Below, one piece after another: positions 1-9,871 of a stretch of DNA of 64,000 nucleotides (its first letter is position 1; every line of letters begins with the position of its first letter). The stretch is taken from NCBI GenBank assembly GCA_051859245.1, contig JBHYGA010000001.1, positions 1,149,722 through 1,213,721 on the forward strand, in the 5' to 3' direction. Both the position numbers and the translations under genes were made by a program. The notes below the pieces were generated by a model that searched no databases, was not told where the DNA came from, and worked only from the letters and a program-made list of their open reading frames with translations. This DNA comes from Gemmatimonadaceae bacterium (GTDB taxonomy: Bacteria > Gemmatimonadota > Gemmatimonadetes > Gemmatimonadales > Gemmatimonadaceae).

Positions 1-1282
1 AGCCGAGCAGCGTCTGGCCGCGATTGAGGCGCGCTCGCACGTCGTCTGCCGATCGCGCAACCAGCGTCATGATGGCAGCTTCCGGTACCGGCGCACGATC
101 CGTGGTGAAGACGCGCAGCCGTCGCGCCGACTGATACAGCTCATCGCTGAGTCGCGGCAAGTTGATTGACCCTTCACCGCCTTGCTCGGTGAGTTGTTCC
201 ACCGTGCCATTGCGGCGGACCAGCGGGAGATCGAGTCCCAGCATCTGCGTTTTCACGGGATAGTCCAGCAGCAGCGAACCTGGTGCCATGTCGAGCTCAA
301 TCGCAAGCGCATCTTCCACGCGACGCGTGAGCGCGTAGTCCGACGCCAGCCACTCACCGGTGTTCTCTCCCAGCATCGCGGCCGGTTGCTCGAGGGCCCG
401 CTTGTGCAAGCGTCTCCGTCGGAGCGCATCAAGCAGCGCGCGCGCGACGGGTGGCAAGGGAAGGGCATCCAGATGATGCAACAGACCTTCGTCGGTAAAC
501 CGCGCGACCTGCGTCGGTTCTACCAGTCCGGCCGCCAGCGCTTCGGCCACCAGTCGCTTGTACATGGCCGTGGCGCTGCGCACCGCATGATGCCAATACA
601 CATTGCGAAACATCTGGTATTTGGCAAACAGCAAGGACTCCAGTGCTGACAAACCTTTTTCACGAACGCCAATACCACGGGCGCCCGTAATCGGCGAGTG
701 CAGCAGCACGAGCGAGTTCAGCAGCCGGTCAACATCGATCTCGCCGTACGGCACGCCGCACATGTGCGCATCGCGCTTGAGATACTCAATCTTGTCGAGA
801 TCGAGCGAACCGGAGATCAGTCCCTGCAACGGGCTGTCGCTCGTGCCGGTGATCAACGCGAACACGCGTTGCGGTGCGTTGTCGCCGAGGTGCGTACGCA
901 GGATGTCCGCGATCGGCCCGCTCAACAACAGCGGACGCGCCACTTCTTCGTGATGCATCGCGCCGATTTCTTCGAGCGCGTGTGAGAAGGGATAGTGACC
1001 AATGTCGTGCAGCAACGCGGCGGCGCGAACGATAGCCGGCTCATCTGGCGCAACATCGGCGAGCTGCCCTTGTTCGTCGAGCAGTCGCAGCGCTTCGCCC
1101 GCGAGATGATGCGCGCCAAGCGCATGCTCAAATCGCGAATGCGTGGCGCCGGGATACACGAGGTACGCCAGGCCGAGTTGACGCACATAGCGCAAGCGCT
1201 GCACGACGAGCGTGTCGAGCAGCGCAAGCGCGAGTGCATCCAACCGAATGTTATTCCACAGCGGGTCGCGCAGGATATCCAA
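1..1282 (-). CDS. HD-domain phosphohydrolase (dNTP triphosphohydrolase/YdhJ-like); stop codon lies beyond the window edge
   Basis: Manual translation from TTG at 1282: MDILRDPLWNNIRL...QRLRYVRQLGLAYLVYPGATHSRFEHALG...LLHDIGHYPFSH, the signature of this HD family. Absent from the ORF track because no stop falls in the window. Confidence 0.88.
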   Translation of the reverse strand, partial: MDILRDPLWNNIRLDALALALLDTLVVQRLRYVRQLGLAYLVYPGATHSRFEHALGAHHLAGEALRLLDEQGQLADVAPDEPAIVRAAALLHDIGHYPFSHALEEIGAMHHEEVARPLLLSGPIADILRTHLGDNAPQRVFALITGTSDSPLQGLISGSLDLDKIEYLKRDAHMCGVPYGEIDVDRLLNSLVLLHSPITGARGIGVREKGLSALESLLFAKYQMFRNVYWHHAVRSATAMYKRLVAEALAAGLVEPTQVARFTDEGLLHHLDALPLPPVARALLDALRRRRLHKRALEQPAAMLGENTGEWLASDYALTRRVEDALAIELDMAPGSLLLDYPVKTQMLGLDLPLVRRNGTVEQLTEQGGEGSINLPRLSDELYQSARRLRVFTTDRAPVPEAAIMTLVARSADDVRARLNRGQTLLG

Positions 1283-1296
1283 GGGCGCGTTGTGTA

Positions 1297-2916
1297 TCAG
1301 CGGTTTGGACCGGCGGCGAGGATCTCTGGCTTCACGGCCGCACCAAACTTCTTGATGTTCTCGTGAAACATGCCGGCGAGTTTTGTGGCTTGTGCGTCGT
1401 ACGCTGCCGCGTCACTCCACGTACGCCGCGGATCAAGCACTTCGTCTGGTACGCCCTCGATGTGCGTTGGCATGGCCAAACCGAAAATCGGGTGCGCGAC
1501 GGTTGCCGTTGCGTCGAGCTTGCCGGCAACGGCCGCACGCACCATGGCGCGTGTATGTGCCAGCTTCATGCGCTTGCCAACACCGTACGCACCGCCACTC
1601 CAACCGGTGTTCACCAACCAGACCTGCGCGTTATGCTCTTCCAGCAGTTTGCCGAGCATTTCGGCGTATTTGGTGGGATGCCACACCAGAAATACGGCGC
1701 CAAAACACGCCGAGAACGTGGCCTGCGGTTCGGTCACGCCGCGCTCGGTGCCCGCGACCTTCGCGGTGTAGCCCGAGAGGAAATAGAACATCGCCTGTTC
1801 GGGCGTGAGCTTTGAAATCGGGGGCAACACGCCGAAGGCGTCTGCGGTGAGAAACACCACGTGTTTGGGATGCCCACCGCGACCACTCGGCACATGATTG
1901 CGAATGTACGGCAGTGGATACGACACGCGCGTGTTCTCGGTGATCGACTGATCGTCGAACTGCACTTCGCGCGTCACGGGGTCGAGGACCACGTTTTCAA
2001 GCACGGTGCCAAACATGCGCGTGGTCGCGTAAATGTCAGGCTCCTGTTCCGGCGAGAGGTTGATCGCCTTGGCGTAACAACCGCCTTCGAAGTTGAACAC
2101 GCCTTCCGGGCTCCATCCGTGTTCATCGTCGCCGATCAGGCTGCGTTCCGGGTCGGCTGACAACGTGGTCTTGCCAGTTCCGGAGAGGCCGAAGAACAGC
2201 GCGGTATCGCCATTCGCGCCAATGTTCGCCGAGCAGTGCATGGACAGCTGGCCGCTCTTCGGGAGCAGGTAGTTCATTACGGTGAACATGGACTTCTTGA
2301 GTTCACCCGCGTAGCGCGTACCACCAATCAGGATGGTGCGTTCGGCCAGGTTCAGCACAATGAAAGTGCCCGTGCGCGTACCGTGGCGTGCGGGATCGGC
2401 CTGGAACTCAGGCGCGTGGTACACCGTGAAGTTTGGCGCAAAACCGGCGAGCTCTTCGAGCGCCGGCCGAATGAACATGTTGCGGACAAAACTTCCGTGC
2501 CACGCGTTCGGCAGGATGTAGCGAACGCTCAATCGCGACGCGGGATCAGCACCACAGTACAAATCCTGAACAAACAGCTCGGGCAGCTCATTCAGATAGC
2601 CTTTGACGTCGGCCAGCAGCACATTGTAGAAGTCAGGCGTAATCGGCTGATTGACTTTGCCCCAGTCCACATCGGCTTCGCTGCTGGCTTCACGCACCAC
2701 GAACTTGTCGTTTGGCGAGCGGCCGGTGTGCGGTGACGTGACGGCAACAAAAGGACCCATCGCTGCCAGACGTCCTTCGCCGCGACGGATGGCCGCCTCG
2801 ACGAGTTCGGCCGCAATGAGGTTCCAATGCACCTGCCCGGTGGGCGCGAGCCCCTGCTTGGACAGTCCGTCTGCACTACCGCGGTGCTGTGTACCAGCGC
2901 TGCTGCCTGTCGCCAT
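1297..2916 (-). CDS. pckA: Phosphoenolpyruvate carboxykinase (ATP)
   Basis: TGRSPNDKF, YAGELKKSMF, P-loop GLSGTGKTTLS, LIGDDEHGW, FNFEGGCYAK. Start taken at ATG 2916; the ORF track extends to 2955. Confidence 0.97.
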   Translation of the reverse strand: MATGSSAGTQHRGSADGLSKQGLAPTGQVHWNLIAAELVEAAIRRGEGRLAAMGPFVAVTSPHTGRSPNDKFVVREASSEADVDWGKVNQPITPDFYNVLLADVKGYLNELPELFVQDLYCGADPASRLSVRYILPNAWHGSFVRNMFIRPALEELAGFAPNFTVYHAPEFQADPARHGTRTGTFIVLNLAERTILIGGTRYAGELKKSMFTVMNYLLPKSGQLSMHCSANIGANGDTALFFGLSGTGKTTLSADPERSLIGDDEHGWSPEGVFNFEGGCYAKAINLSPEQEPDIYATTRMFGTVLENVVLDPVTREVQFDDQSITENTRVSYPLPYIRNHVPSGRGGHPKHVVFLTADAFGVLPPISKLTPEQAMFYFLSGYTAKVAGTERGVTEPQATFSACFGAVFLVWHPTKYAEMLGKLLEEHNAQVWLVNTGWSGGAYGVGKRMKLAHTRAMVRAAVAGKLDATATVAHPIFGLAMPTHIEGVPDEVLDPRRTWSDAAAYDAQATKLAGMFHENIKKFGAAVKPEILAAGPNR

Positions 2917-3028
2917 AAGTGGTGCGACCCTCTGAAAAGTGGCAACGTCTGGCACTCAGGCCGGCACGCCACCGTAGGACCAAGAAATAGAAGGGGACCA
3001 TCGCGCTCAGTGCGCGTTACCCCTGACG

Positions 3029-3067
3029 GTTTGTGTTCGGTTCGGCACATGTGCCGATCTAACAAAC
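3029..3067. promoter_or_regulatory. Perfect 16-bp palindrome TCGGCACATGTGCCGA (3042-3057) with outer GTTTG/CAAAC arms, in the divergent pckA / serine hydrolase intergenic region
   Basis: Inverted repeat read directly from the sequence; function inferred. Confidence 0.45.
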
Positions 3068-3144
3068 ATGACGACCAGACGACCTCCCCTCAAGAGCGAA
3101 ACGCGCTCCTGCTCAAGACGTTGGACATCTTTCCCACCATTCCG

Positions 3145-4566
3145 ATGCGCCTCTCCGTTCGGCTTGCTGCTGTCGCTGCGATCGCGACCTTTCCAACCGG
3201 GCTGCTGACGCACTCGCCCTCACGACTGCAGGCCCAGTCCGCGCCGATCTCGGCGCGCGCCGACAGCATCTTCGGTCGCTTTGCCGGGCCGCAGTCCCCA
3301 GGCTGCGCGGTGGATCTGCGACGCGGACGCGATTCGCTTCTCACGCGCGCGTGGGGCCTCGCCGAAATGGAGCACGGTATTCCGATCACGGCAGGCACCA
3401 TCTTCGAAGCCGGCTCTGTGTCCAAACAATTTACGGCCGCGGCCGTGCTGCTGCTCGAACAGCGTGGCATGCTGTCACTCGACGACACGTTGCAGCGGTG
3501 GTTTCCGGAGATCCCCACGTACGGCACACCGATCACGCTGCGCCATTTGATGCAGCACACGAGCGGTCTGCGCGACTGGGGCGCGGTGGCACAACTCGAG
3601 GGCTGGCCACGCGGAACGCGCGACCACCGACAGGAGCACGCGCTCACTATCGCGTCGCGTCAGCGGGCGCTGAACCACGCGCCGGGTGCGGAGTTCAGTT
3701 ACACGAATACGGGCTATAATCTGTTGGCCATGCTGGTGAGCCGGCTCAGCGGCATGTCGTTCGCGGAGTTCACACGCACGGAATTTTTTGAACCGCTCGA
3801 CATGCGCAGCACCAGCTGGCGCGACGATCCCGCGCGCCTCGTGCGCGGACGCGCGCAAGCCTACGCGCCGAACGCGAGCGGTTCGTTCACGCTTTCGATG
3901 CCGTTTGAACATGTGCACGGCAATGGGGGACTGCTCACCACCGTTGGCGATCTGCAACGCTGGACGGATGCGCTGGTTGCGGGAAAGATTGGCTCGCCCG
4001 ACGTCTCAAAGCGCATGCGTGAAGAAGGCAGGCTCACCACAGGTGCACCGGCGGGCTACGGCGGCGGCCTGTTCCTTGATGATGTGGCGGGCGTGCGGGC
4101 GGTATACCACGGCGGCGCGACGGCCGGCTATCGCGCGTTCCTCGCGTACTTTCCTGACACTGATCTCCGGCTCGCGCTGCTCTGCAATCGCGCCGACGCC
4201 AATCCGGAAGGGCTCTCGCGCCGATTGCTCAGCGACTTGTTGCCGTTTGCCACGCCAGCCGCTCCTGCGCCCTCAACGCCCGTCACGCCAGCACGCATCG
4301 CGTACGATGCGAAAAAGTTCGCCGAGTACAGTGGGGTGTTTGTGAGCGAAGAAGCCAACGCGGAATGGACGGTGACCGCCGGAGACGCGGGGCTCACCTT
4401 CAGTCGCTGGCCTGGCGATGTGGCGCCGCTGCGCGCCACGGACACCGACGTGTTCGCGGGTCCGGGTGGACTGCAAATGCGCTACACGCGCGATGCGAAC
4501 GGTCGTGTAAGCGGCTTTACGGTGAGCATCTCGCGCGCACTCGGCGTGGTGTTCACGCGGCGGTAA
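3145..4566 (+). CDS. Secreted serine hydrolase, beta-lactamase class C/AmpC-like peptidase family
   Basis: Signal-peptide-like N-terminus MRLSVRLAAVAAIA; FEAGSVSKQF (SxxK), LMQHTSGL, FSYTNTGY (YxN), YHGG. Confidence 0.88.
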   Translation: MRLSVRLAAVAAIATFPTGLLTHSPSRLQAQSAPISARADSIFGRFAGPQSPGCAVDLRRGRDSLLTRAWGLAEMEHGIPITAGTIFEAGSVSKQFTAAAVLLLEQRGMLSLDDTLQRWFPEIPTYGTPITLRHLMQHTSGLRDWGAVAQLEGWPRGTRDHRQEHALTIASRQRALNHAPGAEFSYTNTGYNLLAMLVSRLSGMSFAEFTRTEFFEPLDMRSTSWRDDPARLVRGRAQAYAPNASGSFTLSMPFEHVHGNGGLLTTVGDLQRWTDALVAGKIGSPDVSKRMREEGRLTTGAPAGYGGGLFLDDVAGVRAVYHGGATAGYRAFLAYFPDTDLRLALLCNRADANPEGLSRRLLSDLLPFATPAAPAPSTPVTPARIAYDAKKFAEYSGVFVSEEANAEWTVTAGDAGLTFSRWPGDVAPLRATDTDVFAGPGGLQMRYTRDANGRVSGFTVSISRALGVVFTRR

Positions 4567-5572
4567 AGGAACGCAACAACGAGAGCATGCGGGAGTCAGT
4601 GGCCGCCGGCAGGTCGCCCTTCGGCGTTTCAATAATGCGTGGGACTGCGGCGAGGCGTTCGTCTGTCATGATGCGACGGAACGCCTCGCTGCCAATCGTG
4701 CCTTCGCCGATCAGCTCGTGACGATCAAGATGCGAGCCAAGTGCGGCCTTTGAATCGTTGAGATGCAGGCAGCCGAGGCGTTCGAATCCGATCGTATCGC
4801 TGAACTCCGACCAGACATCGTCGTATCTGGTTGCAATGTCGTACCCAGCCGCCCAGATGTGCGCGGTGTCGAGACACACGCCAACGCGCGACGCGAGCGG
4901 TGCCGGGATCGCGGCAATGAGCGCGGCCATTTCGGGAAACGTGCCGCCCAGTACCGTACCTTGACCAGCCGTGAGCTCCATGAGCAGCGTGGTCGGGCCG
5001 GGCTCTGCTTCAAGTGCTTCGATGATCCCGTCTACGTTGCGCGCGAGTCCGCTCGCGCGGTCATCCATGAAGTTGCCGGGATGCGACACGAGCGCCTGCA
5101 GACCCAGGGCATGACATCGACGCAACTCTGTTCGAAAACTCACGATTGAGCGCGCGCGCAATTCGGGATCCGGTGACGCCAGATTGATCAGGTAGCTGTC
5201 GTGCGCGCAGATCCACCGCGAGGGCGTATTCGCAAATGCGGCGCGAAACTCTGCCGCTTCCGCTGCATCCACCTCGCGCTCGACCCAGCGATTGGCCTGT
5301 TTGGTAAAGATCTGCGCGGCGCTTGCGCCAATCTCTCGCACACGCAGTGCAGCCTGCGGCGTGCCACCGGCGATCGACACATGTGCGCCGAGCGGTGCGC
5401 GGTCGTGCTGCGGGGAACTCGAGAGCGGGTGTGGTTCGCCCACCTCGTGATCCGTCCACGCTGATGGTGTCGCCTTTTTTGCGGACTTCGGTGCGGTCTT
5501 CGTGGCGGTTTTCGTGGCGGTCTTCGTCACCGCCTGTTTGGCGGGAGCGGCCACTTTTCGTGCAGGTGTCAT
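4553..5572 (-). CDS. nfo: Endonuclease IV with a Lys/Ala/Thr-rich N-terminal extension
   Basis: LGAHVSIAGG, HDSYLINLAS, HPG, CLDTAHIWAAGYD, HLNDSK, DRHELIGEG, IETPK. ATG 5572 overlaps the envC stop (ATGA). Confidence 0.93.
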   Translation of the reverse strand: MTPARKVAAPAKQAVTKTATKTATKTAPKSAKKATPSAWTDHEVGEPHPLSSSPQHDRAPLGAHVSIAGGTPQAALRVREIGASAAQIFTKQANRWVEREVDAAEAAEFRAAFANTPSRWICAHDSYLINLASPDPELRARSIVSFRTELRRCHALGLQALVSHPGNFMDDRASGLARNVDGIIEALEAEPGPTTLLMELTAGQGTVLGGTFPEMAALIAAIPAPLASRVGVCLDTAHIWAAGYDIATRYDDVWSEFSDTIGFERLGCLHLNDSKAALGSHLDRHELIGEGTIGSEAFRRIMTDERLAAVPRIIETPKGDLPAATDSRMLSLLRSFTAA

Positions 5573-6780
5573 GGACGTTGAGCGCGAAGCCATTCCAGAG
5601 GGTCGACAGCGCGACCACGTGGTCGCATTTCAAAATGCAGATGTGGTGGCAACTCGGGATCTGCGGCGCCAACGGTACCAATTACTTGTCCCTTGGTGAC
5701 CGTGGCTCCTTTCCGCACGCTGAGGCCGGCGAGGGATCCGTACACTGAGTAGTCACCACCGCCGTGCTGCACGATCACGGTGAGTCCGTAGGTACCAATG
5801 GCTTCGGCAACCATCACTTCACCGGCCGCCACTGAACGCACGCTCGTACCCGCGCGTGCGGCAATGCCGAGTCCGTTCCATCGTGTCGTGGTGTTGTTCT
5901 GATTCACGACGCGTCCGAAGCGATACAGAATATCACCGTCCACCGGCCAATCGAGCTTGCCGAAATCGGACGTCTTGAGTGTGGAAGGCGCCGCAGGTTT
6001 GGCATTCGGTGCGAGCTCTGCGCGGCGGCGCGTTTCTTCCAGTGTGGCGATCATGTTGGACAAGCGTGCTTCGTCACGGGCGAGCTGTGTGAGCCGCGCG
6101 CGTGTCTGGGTCGCGTCGCGCTGTACCACCGTGAGTCGACGCGTGCGCTGCTGCTCCAGCGCGCGCAGGCGCTGCTCTTCGGCGGTCTTCTCGCTGCGAT
6201 TACGACTGATGCCGTCCTGCAGTCGCACGAGAAGTGTGCGCTGGCCGGCGATCTGGTCGCGCAACGTCTCCACGCGAGATACCAATCCGCGATCGTTGCG
6301 CGCCACTTCGTACAGATACTTGTAGCGGGCCACCAGCTCGCCAAATGATCGCGCCGACAACATCGCTTCGGCCGAGTAGAGTGGTCCTCGCTTGTAAATG
6401 TCCACAACACGCCGCTGCAGCACCGCGCGCTTGCTGAGCAGTTCATCTTCGGCGCGCACCAGGCGGCCGGTGGCCGAGTCGACTTCGGCCGTGATTTCCG
6501 CCAGCTGTTGCTCAAGGACCGTTACCAACTTCGCGGTGGCCTCGGCCTGTCGGTCCAGGTTCACGACTTCATCGGCCAGCGTGCGCGCACTGCGCTGCAG
6601 GTCGCCCATGCGACGTTCCAGCTGCTCACGTTCCTGTCGCAGCTTCTGCAACTCCTGCTGCTGCTGGCGAAGTCTCGCGTCGCTCGTAGACGTTTGCGCC
6701 TGCGCGTACAGCGCTCCGGCCGCACCGGTCACTCCGCCACCAATCGCGAGACACGCGATCAGGGTGAAACGAGAGATCAC
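5569..6780 (-). CDS. envC: Murein hydrolase activator EnvC (coiled coil + degenerate M23 domain)
   Basis: Signal peptide, long coiled coil, WPVDG...WNGLGI...PHLHFEMR; follows ftsEX. GTG 6780 overlaps the ftsX stop. Confidence 0.88.
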   Translation of the reverse strand: MISRFTLIACLAIGGGVTGAAGALYAQAQTSTSDARLRQQQQELQKLRQEREQLERRMGDLQRSARTLADEVVNLDRQAEATAKLVTVLEQQLAEITAEVDSATGRLVRAEDELLSKRAVLQRRVVDIYKRGPLYSAEAMLSARSFGELVARYKYLYEVARNDRGLVSRVETLRDQIAGQRTLLVRLQDGISRNRSEKTAEEQRLRALEQQRTRRLTVVQRDATQTRARLTQLARDEARLSNMIATLEETRRRAELAPNAKPAAPSTLKTSDFGKLDWPVDGDILYRFGRVVNQNNTTTRWNGLGIAARAGTSVRSVAAGEVMVAEAIGTYGLTVIVQHGGGDYSVYGSLAGLSVRKGATVTKGQVIGTVGAADPELPPHLHFEMRPRGRAVDPLEWLRAQRP

Positions 6781-7637
6781 GCGTCCCGCCACACGGCGCG
6801 CAAATGTCGCCCAACGGAGAGCAGGCTTCCGAAGAATCCGATCGCGGCGCCAGTGAGCACGCCAATCATGACCTGCGTGGGAGTGAAGAAGACGGTCTCG
6901 AACAGTGAGCGCGACACCACAGTATGCGTAGCCCACGTGAGCGCGGCCGCGAGCAATCCGCCAAGCGCACCCTTGAGCAATCCTTCAATCAGGAAGGGCA
7001 ATCGCACAAAGCCGTTGGTGGCTCCCACGAGTCGCATGATCTCGATCTCGCGAGCGCGTGCCAGCACGGCCATGCGAATCGTGCTACCAATGATCATGAC
7101 CGCGACCAACGCGAACACCACTCCAAGCCCGGTCCCGACGAACACTGCAATGGTCCGCACGCGATAGAGTTTCGCCACCCACTCCTGACCAAAGCGCACG
7201 TCTTCAATATCCGGATACGAGGCGATACGGTCTGCCAGCGACTGCACCGCCACGGGATCGCGATACTCGTCGTTCAGGCGGATCTCGAAGGATCCGGGCA
7301 ACACACTCGCGTCGAACACATCGCGGAATTCCGCGAGTTCCTCGCGCGATCGTGCGAGCGCCGAATCGGGACTCACGTACCCGACTTCGCGCACCTCCGG
7401 AAAGGCGGCCAAATCGCCCAGGAGCGCTGACATTGATTCTTCGGTCGCACCGTCTACCAGGAACGCGCGCAACTCCACGCGATCCTCAACGGCCCGCAAC
7501 GCCTCACGGATATTGATCGCGACGAGGCCAAAAAGCCCAAATGCAAAGAGCGAGAAGGCGATCGTGGTAACGCCGAGTGCACTGAGGAGCGGTGCGCGGC
7601 GAAACGCGAGGAGCGCTTCGCGAAAGGCGAGTCTCAC
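6777..7637 (-). CDS. ftsX: Cell division permease-like protein FtsX
   Basis: 4-TM topology, REIEIMRLVGATNGFVRLPFLIEG motif, adjacent to ftsE. Confidence 0.95.
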   Translation of the reverse strand: MRLAFREALLAFRRAPLLSALGVTTIAFSLFAFGLFGLVAINIREALRAVEDRVELRAFLVDGATEESMSALLGDLAAFPEVREVGYVSPDSALARSREELAEFRDVFDASVLPGSFEIRLNDEYRDPVAVQSLADRIASYPDIEDVRFGQEWVAKLYRVRTIAVFVGTGLGVVFALVAVMIIGSTIRMAVLARAREIEIMRLVGATNGFVRLPFLIEGLLKGALGGLLAAALTWATHTVVSRSLFETVFFTPTQVMIGVLTGAAIGFFGSLLSVGRHLRAVWRDA

Positions 7638-8332
7638 TGGTGCCTCGCCAGTCGGCGCGCATCAGTGCCGTCGTACAACACATCGCCGCGCTCGAGTTCG
7701 ATATAGCGATATCCGCTGCGCATGATCAACGACAGATCGTGCGTGGCCATAATCACAGCGGTGCCCAGCGCATTGATTTCGCGTAGCAGTTGTACAATGC
7801 CCCGCGTCGCTCGCTCGTCGAGATTCCCGGTGGGTTCGTCGGCGAGCAGCAGGAACGGGTCGTTGGCTAACGCACGTGCGATTGCCACACGCTGCTGTTC
7901 ACCGCCTGAGAGCTCGTGCGGCATGGACGTGGCTTTCGATGCGAGCCCAACTTGCGTAAGCAGTCGTCCGACTTTGGGACTGATCGCCGCGGCCGGTGTG
8001 CCCGTGACCTCAAGCGCAAACGCGATGTTCGCTTCGACGGTGCGATCGGTGAGCAGGCGAAAGTCCTGAAACACAATGCCAAGGCGACGACGCAACTGCG
8101 GGATATCCGAGTCACGCAGCGTCGCGCTTGAGAAGCCGCTCACCTTCACCTCACCACGCGTTGGGCGTTCCGCAAAGGACAGCAGCTTGAGCAACGTGCT
8201 TTTGCCCGAACCACTCGCACCCGTGAGAAAAACAAACTCGCCTTTCTGCACTTCGAACGATACGTCCTTCAGCGCCACACCCGTGCGCGGGTATTCCTTG
8301 GTGGCGGCGTCCAGCCGCAGTACTCCCGACAC
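7634..8332 (-). CDS. ftsE: Cell division ATP-binding protein FtsE
   Basis: GASGSGKST, LRRRLGIVFQDFRLL, LSGGEQQRVAIARA, ADEPTGNLD. Confidence 0.95.
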   Translation of the reverse strand: MSGVLRLDAATKEYPRTGVALKDVSFEVQKGEFVFLTGASGSGKSTLLKLLSFAERPTRGEVKVSGFSSATLRDSDIPQLRRRLGIVFQDFRLLTDRTVEANIAFALEVTGTPAAAISPKVGRLLTQVGLASKATSMPHELSGGEQQRVAIARALANDPFLLLADEPTGNLDERATRGIVQLLREINALGTAVIMATHDLSLIMRSGYRYIELERGDVLYDGTDARRLARHQ

Positions 8333-8336
8333 GCGG

Positions 8337-9509
8337 TTACTCCAACGCCTGCGAAAGGTCCGCGATCAGATCGTCGGCATCTTCGAGTCCAATGCTAATG
8401 CGCAGAAATCCGTCTGGGATTCCAATGGCCGCGCGAGCATCAGATGTCATGGCGGCGTGTGATGTATAGCGAGGTTCACTCACGAGCGAATCAACACCGC
8501 CAAGGCTGGGGGCGTGTGTAATCAGACGCAGGCGCTCAAGCACGCGCGGCGTGGCGTCACCACCACCGGCCAGTTCAATCGCGAGCATGCCGCCAAACCC
8601 GTCGAGCGTTGCTTTTGCGAGCGCATGATCGGGATGCGACTCAAGTCCCGGGTAATGCACGCGCGAAATCGCCGGATGGGTTTCCGCCCACTCGGCCACA
8701 CGCTGCGCCGATTCGTTCTGACGACGCACGCGCACATCGAGCGTTTTCATACCGCGCTCCAGCAGCCACAATGCAAACGGATCCGGCGCCTGTCCCCACA
8801 CCATCATCTTCTGTCGGACTTCTTCGACGACTGACTCGGTGCCGCTCACGACACCAGCCAGAATGTCGTGATGCCCGTTGAGATACTTGGTGGCCGAGTG
8901 AATGACGACGTCGGCACCGTGTTCGATGGGCCGGTAGTTGATCGGACTCGCGAAGGTCGCGTCGATCACCAACGCGAGGCCAAACTCTTTGGCCAGCGCC
9001 ACCAGCGGACGCAAATCAAGCACGCGCGTGGTGGGATTCACCGGCGACTCAAGAAAAATCACACGCGTATTCTTGTTCACCGCTCGGCGCCAGGCGCGCG
9101 ATTCCAGCGGGTCTACCGTGGTGACGGTCACGCCCATGGCCGGGAGCTCATTGTCGAACAACTTGCGCGTACCGCCGTAAATCCACGCGCTCGTAATGAG
9201 ATGATCGCCCGGGCGTAGCAGCGAGAGCATGGTGCAGGATGTCGCGCCCATGCCACTCGACAGCACCAGTGACGATTCCGCGCCTTCCAGCAGTGCGATA
9301 CGGCGCTGCACCGTTTGCGCGTTCGGTGTGTTCGCGTAGCGCGTGTACATCACCCCGTCGGGCGTGCCGGCCGGCTGCACATGATTGACGGACTGCACCA
9401 GCGGCTGCACCACGGCCTCTCCGGGCGCCGCGTGTGGGCGACCACCATGAATGGCGAGTGAGGCGAGCTTCAGTGCAGCGCGTGGTGCGGTGTCGGGAGA
9501 GTCTGACAT
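8337..9509 (-). CDS. PLP-dependent transsulfuration enzyme (cystathionine gamma-lyase/synthase or methionine gamma-lyase family)
   Basis: YTRYANTP, SSGMGA, ESPVNP, IDATFASP, HSATKYLNGH (PLP Lys), SLGGVDSL, LRISIGLED. Confidence 0.92.
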   Translation of the reverse strand: MSDSPDTAPRAALKLASLAIHGGRPHAAPGEAVVQPLVQSVNHVQPAGTPDGVMYTRYANTPNAQTVQRRIALLEGAESSLVLSSGMGATSCTMLSLLRPGDHLITSAWIYGGTRKLFDNELPAMGVTVTTVDPLESRAWRRAVNKNTRVIFLESPVNPTTRVLDLRPLVALAKEFGLALVIDATFASPINYRPIEHGADVVIHSATKYLNGHHDILAGVVSGTESVVEEVRQKMMVWGQAPDPFALWLLERGMKTLDVRVRRQNESAQRVAEWAETHPAISRVHYPGLESHPDHALAKATLDGFGGMLAIELAGGGDATPRVLERLRLITHAPSLGGVDSLVSEPRYTSHAAMTSDARAAIGIPDGFLRISIGLEDADDLIADLSQALE

Positions 9510-9532
9510 TCGGTGCAGGGGAGTGATAACAA

Positions 9533-9871
9533 TTACGTCGTGCGGGGCGAATCGAAGTCTGCTTTGATAACACGCACGATTTCTGTGACGGTCACGCCGG
9601 CCAGATCTCGTACCACCACGCCGCCGCGCGGCAGCGTATCGTCAAGCACCAGTTGTGCGAACTCACTGCGCCGCGGGCCCATGATGCGCACCAACTCACC
9701 ATCCGTCAGCAGACGAATAAGTGCATCATCTGGACGCATGCGAATGAGCGGTCCTCGCTCCGGATCACCACGACGGGTGCCGATGTAGCCCACGATTTGC
9801 AACGGCGGTGCCATGCCGGAGAAAATGCCGCGACCGATGCGCGGCGCTCCTGGATCCTTCTTGTCCGCCAT
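9533..9871 (-). CDS. Small protein resembling a stand-alone molybdopterin-dinucleotide-binding (double-psi beta-barrel) domain
   Basis: IRMRPDDALIRLLTDGELVRIMGPRRSEFAQLVLDDTLPRGGVVV matches the pattern by eye; translationally coupled to the upstream gene. Confidence 0.6.
   Translation of the reverse strand: MADKKDPGAPRIGRGIFSGMAPPLQIVGYIGTRRGDPERGPLIRMRPDDALIRLLTDGELVRIMGPRRSEFAQLVLDDTLPRGGVVVRDLAGVTVTEIVRVIKADFDSPRTT

Noticed and set aside
1..1282. Anti-phage dNTPase defence system
   Set aside because: Housekeeping context with no defence or mobile genes nearby.
3145..4566. Beta-lactam resistance gene
   Set aside because: SxxK/YxN motifs are shared by many peptidases and esterases, and the third motif is HGG rather than KTG. 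Nothing supports a true beta-lactamase.
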